Assembly (NCBI GenBank): GCA_021816765.1 | Contig: JAKAXB010000001.1 | Coordinates: 99,692 to 163,691 of the forward strand | Reading direction: 5' to 3' | Length of the DNA stretch: 64,000 nucleotides | Source of the DNA: Natronospirales bacterium | Lineage (GTDB): Bacteria > Pseudomonadota > Gammaproteobacteria > Natronospirales > REEB76 | Part shown: piece by piece, positions 18,980 to 26,694 of the stretch | How the letters are laid out: every line of letters starts with the position of its first letter | Numbering within the stretch: the stretch's first letter is position 1 | Translations under genes and position numbers: made by a program | Notes under the pieces: generated by a model | What the model was told of the DNA's origin: nothing | Databases searched by the model: none | Seen by the model: only the letters and a program-made list of their open reading frames with translations

Positions 18980-21253
18980 ATGAACCGCAACAATCGAAGC
19001 CGTCCCGGCCGGCTGGCTGTGCTGCTGCTGGCCGCACTGCCGTTGACGGCCAACGCCGCGCTCTATACCACCGTCGGGCAGAAGCTGGACAGGCGGCTTG
19101 CCGTCATCGCCGCGGCCGCCGGGCAGCACCGTACGCAACCCATGATGGCCGCTGCCCTCACACGGGAGCTCCTGCAGCAGAATTCCCCGCTGGAAGCACG
19201 CTGGAACACCGCCGGACAGGTACAGGTGTACCTGCACTATGACCGGCAGGGCGGTCCGCCCGACAACGCCGAACTGGCGGCACTGGACGCCAGCGGTATC
19301 CTCAACAGCCCGGCTCTCCGGGTGGTGCAGGCGTGGATTCCGGCCAACAGGCTGGAGGCCGCCGCCGCACTGTCTGAGGTGACCCGGGTGAGCGTGCCGC
19401 GCTATGCCGTCGTGCGGCGCTCGCCGCCCATCGCGGCGCTGCCGCGTACCGGTTCGGTGGATACCCAGGGTGATCAGATTCTGGGTGCCGCACAGTTCCG
19501 TGCCGCTACCGGTTACACCGGCCAGGGCATGGTGGTGGGGGTAATCTCCGACGGCGACAGCGCTGTTTCCACGGATCAGAAAACCGGCGACCTGCCGTCC
19601 AATGTCTGGAACGATCCCAACAACACTACCTGGCAAAGTTCCGGCGCCGAAGGCACGGCCATGATGGAAATCGTCTATGACATTGCGCCCGGCGTGAAAC
19701 AACTGGGTTTTGCCGGTCCCGCCACCAGCGCGGACTTTCTCACCGCGCTCAATGATTTCGCCAGCGACATCCATGCCAACGTGATCGTGGATGATCTGGG
19801 ATTCCCCGGCGTAGCCATGTTTACCAACGGCGGCTTTGCCACCGCAGTGCAGCAATTTGCCGCCAACCACCCGGCTATCCATCTGGTGACCGCCGCCGGC
19901 AATGACGGCACCGCGTTCTGGACGGGCACCTGGAATCCGTACACCTTGCCCATTCCCGTTACCATCAACGGTGTGAAATATACCCAGGCCATGAATTTCG
20001 GCACCGCGACCATTCCCGACACGCGACTGGCCATCTCAGACGCCCAGGCGGGGGATTCCATCGCCTATTTGCTGGAGTGGGACGATCCCTGGAATGACAA
20101 CAGCACGACCAACGATCCCAATGATTACGACGTGGTGCTGTTCGACAGCAGCACCAACCAGCCCATTGCCTGCAACCAGGGCATCAACATCGGACCTGCG
20201 CCGGGCCAGACCAGCGGCTGCAACCAGAGCAACACCCAACCGCTGGATACACCCGGCCCGCAACCGGTGCAGGGAAGCGGCGCAACGCTGGGCACCAGTT
20301 CGTCCAATGCGTATTTGGAGGTTTTCTTCGGTACCGGCAATCCGCAGAATAATCCAGGTACCCATCTCAAGGTACTGGTGTTTTCCAACAATGCCAACCA
20401 GATTCAGGTGTCCCCCAACACTCCTGCCGGAAGCATTTATGGCCAGTCGGCCGTAGGGGTTCCAGAGCCTGGTACGGCCACGCCCGGTGAAACCACCGTG
20501 GGCGCCCTGTGTGCGGTTTCCGCCTGTGGCTCCACGAACACCATCGAGTCATACAGCTCCCAGGGTCCGGTGCAATTCGGCATTCCCGGCAGCGGCAGCG
20601 GCACGCAGCCGCCCGAGACGATACAAAAACCGGATTTCGTGGCGCCCGATTGCGTGAATGTAACAGGCGTCGGCGGTTTCAGTTCGCCCTTTTGCGGCAC
20701 CTCCGCGGCCGCGCCGCACATCGCCGGTCTGATCGCCCTGCTGCTGTCCGCCTACCCCGCCGGCGATGATCCCTACACGCTGTTGCAGAATAGCGCCTCG
20801 CAACCGGCCGGCGGTTCCAACCCGAACGGCATCTACGGCTTTGGAATGCCGAACCTGAACACGCTGCTCACATCCGGCACTTATCCCGCCACCGGCGCTG
20901 TCATTGAAAGCCCGGCCAGCGGCGCAAGTGTGGCCAGCGGTCAAGGCGTCAATTTCACCGGCAGCTGTCTGGGTTACGACGGGACCAGCGCTTTCACCTA
21001 TCAGTGGAATTTCGGCACCAGCGCCATCCCGGATTCCAGTTCTCCGACTCCCAGCGTAACCTACAACTCGGCAGGCACTTATACTGTGACCCTGACATGC
21101 ACCAACAAGGTGGGGCCCGGTTCGGCCACCAGCACGATCACCGTAACGGCGCCGCGTTTCGGCGGCGGTGGCGGTTCCGGCGTGTTGGGTCTGGTTACGC
21201 TCATTGCGCTGTGCGCCGTCATGGCGCGCCGGCGGCACCGGCGGTTACATTGA
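18980..21253 (+). CDS. S8 (subtilisin-like) peptidase with PKD domain and GlyGly-CTERM-like tail
   Basis: Signal peptide; VGVISDGD (Asp region), TAAGNDG (oxyanion Asn), GTSAAAPHIAG (Ser). PKD-like FTYQWNFG...YNSAGTYTVTLTCTN. C-terminus FGGGGGSGVLGLVTLIALCAVMARRRHRRLH. Confidence 0.85.
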   Translation: MNRNNRSRPGRLAVLLLAALPLTANAALYTTVGQKLDRRLAVIAAAAGQHRTQPMMAAALTRELLQQNSPLEARWNTAGQVQVYLHYDRQGGPPDNAELAALDASGILNSPALRVVQAWIPANRLEAAAALSEVTRVSVPRYAVVRRSPPIAALPRTGSVDTQGDQILGAAQFRAATGYTGQGMVVGVISDGDSAVSTDQKTGDLPSNVWNDPNNTTWQSSGAEGTAMMEIVYDIAPGVKQLGFAGPATSADFLTALNDFASDIHANVIVDDLGFPGVAMFTNGGFATAVQQFAANHPAIHLVTAAGNDGTAFWTGTWNPYTLPIPVTINGVKYTQAMNFGTATIPDTRLAISDAQAGDSIAYLLEWDDPWNDNSTTNDPNDYDVVLFDSSTNQPIACNQGINIGPAPGQTSGCNQSNTQPLDTPGPQPVQGSGATLGTSSSNAYLEVFFGTGNPQNNPGTHLKVLVFSNNANQIQVSPNTPAGSIYGQSAVGVPEPGTATPGETTVGALCAVSACGSTNTIESYSSQGPVQFGIPGSGSGTQPPETIQKPDFVAPDCVNVTGVGGFSSPFCGTSAAAPHIAGLIALLLSAYPAGDDPYTLLQNSASQPAGGSNPNGIYGFGMPNLNTLLTSGTYPATGAVIESPASGASVASGQGVNFTGSCLGYDGTSAFTYQWNFGTSAIPDSSSPTPSVTYNSAGTYTVTLTCTNKVGPGSATSTITVTAPRFGGGGGSGVLGLVTLIALCAVMARRRHRRLH

Positions 21254-21344
21254 GAGATGAGGGGTTGGCAGCGAGCAGCGGACAGAAAAAAGAATCTTGA
21301 TACGGAAAAAACCGCCCAACACTTCTGAACACCTCACGTTCCAT

Positions 21345-21953
21345 CTACAGCCAGCCCTTCTGCCGGGCGATGCGTGCCGCCTCGACGCGGTTACCGGCAC
21401 CGAGCTTGCCGATGGCCTCGGAAAGATAATTCCTGACCGTGCCTTCGGAAAGGAACAGTTGCCTGGCGATGTCGGCGCTGGTGAGGCCCTCGCCCGCAAG
21501 CCGCAGCACCTGACGCTCGCGGTCACTGAGGGGGTCTTCCGTATCCCAGGCTTCGGCGGCAAGTTCCGGTGCGATGACCTTGCCGCCCCGGTGGACTTTG
21601 CGGATGGCCTCCGCCAGTTGCTCCGCCGGCGCGTCTTTCAGCAGGTAACCTTTCACACCGGCGTTGAGCGCACGCCGCAGATAGCCGGGCCGTGCAAACG
21701 TGGTGACAATGATGATCCGCGCCGGGGTTTCCCTTTGCTTGAGGGCGGCGGCGAATTCGAGGCCCGTCATACCCGGCATTTCTATGTCGCTCACCACCAC
21801 ATCGGGCTGTTCCTCCAGCGTGAGCCGCAGCGCGTCTCCGCCGTTGGTGGCGCGCGCCACCACTTCGAGGTCATCCTCCATGTCCAGCATGGCGGCCAGC
21901 GCGCCCAGTATCATAGTCTGATCTTCGGCGACGAGTACTTTGATCCTGGTCAC
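21345..21953 (-). CDS. LuxR/NarL-family response regulator
   Basis: Receiver domain (VLVAEDQ, VVVSDIEMPGMTG) plus LuxR HTH (LSDRERQVLRLAGEGLTSADIARQLFLSEGTVRNY). GTG start forms a GTGA overlap with the kinase gene. Confidence 0.9.
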   Translation of the reverse strand: MTRIKVLVAEDQTMILGALAAMLDMEDDLEVVARATNGGDALRLTLEEQPDVVVSDIEMPGMTGLEFAAALKQRETPARIIIVTTFARPGYLRRALNAGVKGYLLKDAPAEQLAEAIRKVHRGGKVIAPELAAEAWDTEDPLSDRERQVLRLAGEGLTSADIARQLFLSEGTVRNYLSEAIGKLGAGNRVEAARIARQKGWL

Positions 21954-23128
21954 GCTGGCACCAAGCCGGCCACTCGCTCTGAGGATTGCCGGGCCAGCGG
22001 TACGGTCGCGCACAAGCAAGTGCCCGTGAGGTTGGACTGGATTTCCAGTTCGCCATCGAGTGCGCGCAGGCGCTCGCGCATGCCGCGGATGCCGTTGCCT
22101 TCCTGCGCGCGTCCCCCGCGTCCATCGTCCTCCACGTACAGCCGCACCCGGCCGTCGGCCGCCTCCACGCGGATGACGCACTCGCGCGCGCCGGAGTGGC
22201 GCACCACGTTGGTGATGGCTTCGCGCAGAACCAGCGCCAACAGCGCATCGTGACCGGCGGGCAGCTCGGCGGTCGCGGCGCATTCGCTGAGCGCGATGTT
22301 GGCGGCGCCGAGCGCGATGCGCGCGTTGATGATTTCGCCCGCCAAGCCGCCGTTGCGGTAGCCGCCCACGGCTTCACGTACCTGTTGCAGGGCATCGCGG
22401 GAAATGCGTTCCACTTCGCGGATTTCCCGCGCCGCACCCGGCATGTCGCGTTCCGCCAGTTTTGCCGCCAGTTCCGCTTTTACGGTAATCAGCGTGAGCG
22501 TATGGCCGAGCAGATCGTGCAGGTCGCGGGCGATGCGTTCCCGCTCGGCGGTGGTGGCCAGCCGGCGGATTTCCTCCTGGGATTGCCTGATCACCTTGTT
22601 TTTGCGGCTCATCTCACCGAAATAGGCATTCGCCACACCGATCATGGCGCCGAAGAACAGACCGAACGCCCAGATCCACGGTGTCAGTGCAAACAGCGCG
22701 GCTTCCAGTAATACCGCACCCAATATGATTGCCAGCAGCAGCAGACTCTTGCGCATGGAGCCCGTGAAGCCGCACATGGCAGACGCATAAATGATGAACA
22801 CTTGGCCATTGTCGTTGAACTTCAGGAAAATCAGACCGAGCAGGGCGATGGCGGCGAAAATCCAGTAGCGTTCCCGGGAGCGTTCCCGGGAGTAGACCCA
22901 GTAGAATCGGAAATACAGCACCAGAAAAACCGCAGCGGCCGCTGCAATCGTCGCCCAGTAGAGCGCGCCGTGCCGTACACCGCTCCAGTCGATGAAGAAA
23001 AAGCCGAGATAGGGCAGCCACAGGTAGGGCGCCCAGCCGATCCATTCATCGCGCGGCAGCAGCCGGCGGTGCGCCCATAGAGCGGATGCCTTGACAGACT
23101 GCCATGTTTCTTTCAGGGGATTTTGCAC
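21950..23128 (-). CDS. sensor histidine kinase, HisKA_3 (DesK/LiaS-like), multi-TM sensing domain
   Basis: Five or so N-terminal TM helices, H-box RIARDLHDLLGHTL, and a C-terminal HATPase domain. Confidence 0.9.
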   Translation of the reverse strand: MQNPLKETWQSVKASALWAHRRLLPRDEWIGWAPYLWLPYLGFFFIDWSGVRHGALYWATIAAAAAVFLVLYFRFYWVYSRERSRERYWIFAAIALLGLIFLKFNDNGQVFIIYASAMCGFTGSMRKSLLLLAIILGAVLLEAALFALTPWIWAFGLFFGAMIGVANAYFGEMSRKNKVIRQSQEEIRRLATTAERERIARDLHDLLGHTLTLITVKAELAAKLAERDMPGAAREIREVERISRDALQQVREAVGGYRNGGLAGEIINARIALGAANIALSECAATAELPAGHDALLALVLREAITNVVRHSGARECVIRVEAADGRVRLYVEDDGRGGRAQEGNGIRGMRERLRALDGELEIQSNLTGTCLCATVPLARQSSERVAGLVPA

Positions 23129-23151
23129 CAGCTTAGCCTATCACTCCCGGG

Positions 23152-24672
23152 TCAATACAGGGCTGTATGCAGGAATGCCAGCACTTTGCGCCAGGCATTC
23201 GCGTCCGCATAGGCATAGGCAGTCGGGTTGCCGCCGAAGGCGAAGCTGCCGCCGGGAACGGCCACGATACTGGCGTTGGCGGGGCGGTATGGCGGCAGGA
23301 TGGCATGGCCGGCGCCGGCGTAGCACAGTGATTCGCCGGCATAAGCGTGATGCTGCGCGGCGAGCCGCTGCATGATCTGATTTGCCATCAACGGTGACGG
23401 CCAGATCTGATCATCACTGGCAGATACCAGCAGCACCGGCCCGGCGATGCGTTCCGCGGGAATGACCGCTTTCGCATCTTTCAATCCCGCCCGATAAGCA
23501 CCGAGGAAAACCAGCGGTTTCCCAGGCGCAAACATCGCCGGATCGATCACCGGATTTACCCAGGGCAGCGGCTTGCCGTGCAGCGTCCAGGACGAGCTGA
23601 TGGGTCCGGGGCCGTATTCGATGCCCGACCACACCACCGAACTCGGCATAAAGGCGATTACCGCCTGGAATTCTTTCGGGAAGGTTGCGGCGGTAATCAG
23701 CGCTGCTTCCGCGCCTTTGGACCAGCCCATGATGGCCACGTGCCGCGGGTCCACGCCTCGCTGTTGCTTGAGCCAGCCGGTTGCCTTGACGAAGTATTCC
23801 AGCGGGATATTCATCAGGAGCTTTGGCAGGTGGACGAGCCGCAGATCGTGGTTCTCGAAACCCTGGAAATAAGCGAGACCCAGCGCCGTATAACCGTGGG
23901 AAGCCAGCAGTGCGGCTTCCTGTACCTGCGGATAGAGCCCGCCTTCGGAACCGCCCAGCACAATCACGGCGGGGTGCAGGCCGGGTGTGGCGGGGGTGTA
24001 CAGCTCGCCCACTAGTCCGTCGCTGTTGACCATGGTTCGGGTCACGCCCGGCGCCTGGAGGGTGCGCGTGAGCATGGCTTTCGCCAGTATCCGTTTATCG
24101 GCCCGGGCTTCCAGCTGGATCGTGTAGCCGCTGTCTGCGGATGCGTACAGGATGTCCTGCGGATCTTTGACGTTCTGCGGCAACATGGACCAGATGAGTC
24201 CCATGGGATGTGTGCCGGAATAGCTGCCATAAACCGGCGCCGCTTTTGCCACATCAACATCACCATGACTGTCGGCCAGAAATGTGGCGCTCGCGCTCCA
24301 GTTGCGGCCTTTGTAATCCCGCATGCTCGCATGCAATGTGACCGGTTCACCGGCGTGCAGTCCGTTGACGCGGAGATTCACGGGCTGATCCACAAGCGCG
24401 GCAGCAGGTGTGGCGGTCAGGGTGACGCCAGGCTCATAGGTCCAACCGCGCCACACGCTCGCGGGTGCCGCGCTGGCTTTCACCCGCGGCAGTGAAAAAT
24501 CCCTGGGGACGGCCAGGCAATTTGCCGGCGCCGAATTCGTCTCCGGAGTGGAAACCACCGTCGCCTTGCCTGATTTTGGCGTGGGCAGCAGGAACAGCAC
24601 GGCGATGGCGGCCGCGATGATCAACAGAATGATGAGACCGCTGCGCGCCATGCCTCTTTGCCGTTGGCGCAT
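23152..24672 (-). CDS. membrane-anchored alpha/beta hydrolase of the BAAT/acyl-CoA thioesterase family
   Basis: N-terminal TM anchor, a BAAT-N-like beta domain (VNLRVNGLHAGEPVTLHA), and nucleophile elbow GWSKGAEAAL. Confidence 0.75.
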   Translation of the reverse strand: MRQRQRGMARSGLIILLIIAAAIAVLFLLPTPKSGKATVVSTPETNSAPANCLAVPRDFSLPRVKASAAPASVWRGWTYEPGVTLTATPAAALVDQPVNLRVNGLHAGEPVTLHASMRDYKGRNWSASATFLADSHGDVDVAKAAPVYGSYSGTHPMGLIWSMLPQNVKDPQDILYASADSGYTIQLEARADKRILAKAMLTRTLQAPGVTRTMVNSDGLVGELYTPATPGLHPAVIVLGGSEGGLYPQVQEAALLASHGYTALGLAYFQGFENHDLRLVHLPKLLMNIPLEYFVKATGWLKQQRGVDPRHVAIMGWSKGAEAALITAATFPKEFQAVIAFMPSSVVWSGIEYGPGPISSSWTLHGKPLPWVNPVIDPAMFAPGKPLVFLGAYRAGLKDAKAVIPAERIAGPVLLVSASDDQIWPSPLMANQIMQRLAAQHHAYAGESLCYAGAGHAILPPYRPANASIVAVPGGSFAFGGNPTAYAYADANAWRKVLAFLHTALY

Positions 24673-24690
24673 GATGATCCTCCTTTTGTA

Positions 24691-25470
24691 TTAACGATCC
24701 TGGATGCGGCGCCAGCCGCGCTGCGCAATCCATAGAAACACAATGGTAAACACCACCAGATAAACAAGATGCTGCTGAAATGAACTGTTGTCGCTCATAT
24801 GGATGATGCCGAGGGAAAGCTGCGCCAGATGATAGGCCGGCAAAGCCGTTGCCAATTCCTGCAGCCAGTGGGGAAAGAATCTCAGCGGCACCCACAACCC
24901 CGAGAGGAATGACATGGGCAGGTAGATGAGGTTGCTGATTGCGGCTGACGCCTGTCCGCTGGTGCGCACGCCCACGGCGAGACCCAGCGCGCAGAACGGC
25001 AGCGTGCCGAGGACCAGCGTCGCCGCCAGTCCCAGCCATTCGCGGCGCGGCAGGACCACGCCGCCGAATACCGCGCCCAGCACGAATAGCAATATCACAA
25101 TGACCAACGCGAACAGCATGGCCATGACCACTTTGGCAAACAGGTAGGCCATGGGCGGCAGGGGCACCACACGTTTCAGGGCCAGGATGCCGCGTTCATG
25201 CTCCATGGCCACGCTCACGCCAAAGCCAAATAACGCCGGCGCCATGATGCCGAAGGTGCCATAGGTGCCCAGCATGTATGTCGTGATGCTGCCGGACCCG
25301 CTGTGGCCGAAAATCAGGCCGAAAAATAGGTAGAACATGGTGGGGAAGGCCAGCGTCGGCAGGGAAAATCCAGGCATGCGCACCAGTTCCCAGAACTGGA
25401 AGCCGGCCTCGCGCAGATACACACCGAGCGTATCTTGCCAGGACCAGTGTTTGGCGGTGACGGTGTTCAT
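24691..25470 (-). CDS. ABC-2 type transporter permease
   Basis: 259-aa polytopic ORF. ATGA overlap with the ATPase gene at 25467-25470. Confidence 0.85.
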   Translation of the reverse strand: MNTVTAKHWSWQDTLGVYLREAGFQFWELVRMPGFSLPTLAFPTMFYLFFGLIFGHSGSGSITTYMLGTYGTFGIMAPALFGFGVSVAMEHERGILALKRVVPLPPMAYLFAKVVMAMLFALVIVILLFVLGAVFGGVVLPRREWLGLAATLVLGTLPFCALGLAVGVRTSGQASAAISNLIYLPMSFLSGLWVPLRFFPHWLQELATALPAYHLAQLSLGIIHMSDNSSFQQHLVYLVVFTIVFLWIAQRGWRRIQDR

Positions 25471-26387
25471 GCGGCTTGCGCCTCGCGGTTGTCATCGGTC
25501 AGCGCCAGAAAGGCTTCTTCCAGTTTGGCGCCGGTGACTTCCAAGTCCTGCAAGGCGGGGTCGAGCCTGAGCATCTCGAACAGCACGTGTTCCGGCCGTG
25601 TGGCCACGATATCCAGCCGTTCGCCGTCCGAATTCACGGCGGTGACACCGGGCAGCATTTTTACCTGCACCGCACTCAGGCCGGTGACGCAGCGGATATG
25701 GCGCTGAGCGACGGTATTTTTGATTTCGGCGGGCGTGCCCTGGGCGATCACGCGGCCGCAGTGGATGACCACGATGCGGTCGGCGAGTGCGTCGGCTTCT
25801 TCCAGATAATGAGTGGTGAGCACGATGCTGCGACCCTGTTCCTTGAGCCGGCGGATGGCGGCCCACAGGCCGCGGCGGGATTCCACGTCGAGACCGGCGC
25901 TGGGCTCGTCCAGGAACAGCAGCTCGGGATTGCCGCAGATGGCCAGTGCGAACAGCAGCCGCTGTTTCTGTCCGCCGGAGAGCTTCACCACCGGGCGATT
26001 TTCCAGCCCTTCCAGACCGGCGATGCGCAGGGTTTCCATGCGCGGTAGCGGATCGAGGTAATAACCCGAGTACAGTGCGAGCATCTCATGGACGCGCGCA
26101 TGGCCGCCCAACTGCGCGCCTTGCAGCATGGCGCCGATGCGCCGGCGGGCAGCGACATCCCGGGGCGCGCGGCCAAAGAGCTCAGCTTTACCGTCAGTCG
26201 GCCCCGCCAGGCCCAGCAGCAAATTCACACTGGTGGTTTTGCCGGCGCCGTTGGGGCCGAGCAGAGCCAGAATCTCGCCGCGGCGGATCTCCAGAGTCAG
26301 CCTGTCCACGGCGGTGACGCTGCCGTAGCGTTTGCTGACGCTTTTGAGCGCCGCGATGGTTGTCAGCGTGTCGGCGTTGCCCGGCAT
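25467..26387 (-). CDS. ABC transporter ATP-binding protein
   Basis: Walker [10 protein letters not shown], signature LSGGQKQRLLFA, Walker B LLFLDEP. Confidence 0.9.
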   Translation of the reverse strand: MPGNADTLTTIAALKSVSKRYGSVTAVDRLTLEIRRGEILALLGPNGAGKTTSVNLLLGLAGPTDGKAELFGRAPRDVAARRRIGAMLQGAQLGGHARVHEMLALYSGYYLDPLPRMETLRIAGLEGLENRPVVKLSGGQKQRLLFALAICGNPELLFLDEPSAGLDVESRRGLWAAIRRLKEQGRSIVLTTHYLEEADALADRIVVIHCGRVIAQGTPAEIKNTVAQRHIRCVTGLSAVQVKMLPGVTAVNSDGERLDIVATRPEHVLFEMLRLDPALQDLEVTGAKLEEAFLALTDDNREAQAA

Positions 26388-26551
26388 GACCGCTCTCCGT
26401 CGGGATGGCGGTAACTATGGGATACCGGGTGTGCGCCCGCCAGTTCCGTGCGTCAGGACTTGCGTATGACGGATGTCATGCCGGTTCAATGGATCAGGCG
26501 CAGCGCGAACGGATAGCGGTAGTCCACGCCTTGGGACACTTGCACCGTGGC

Positions 26552-26614
26552 GATGATGAAGATGAAGATGAAGATAAAGATGAAGATGAAGATGAAGATG
26601 AAGATGAAGATGAG
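26552..26614. repeat. hexanucleotide tandem repeat (GATGAA)n, about 10 units
   Basis: GAT + GATGAA x3, GATAAA, GATGAA x5, GATGAG. Sits in the divergent intergenic region, 165 nt from the ABC ATPase start and 81 nt from the acylase ATG. Confidence 0.95.
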
Positions 26615-26694
26615 ATCAACGACGCCGACTATCCAGGCGACAGCGGCGGTACAATTCGGCCGGCTTTGATGCCCGTGCCGGAACAGGGGGAATC

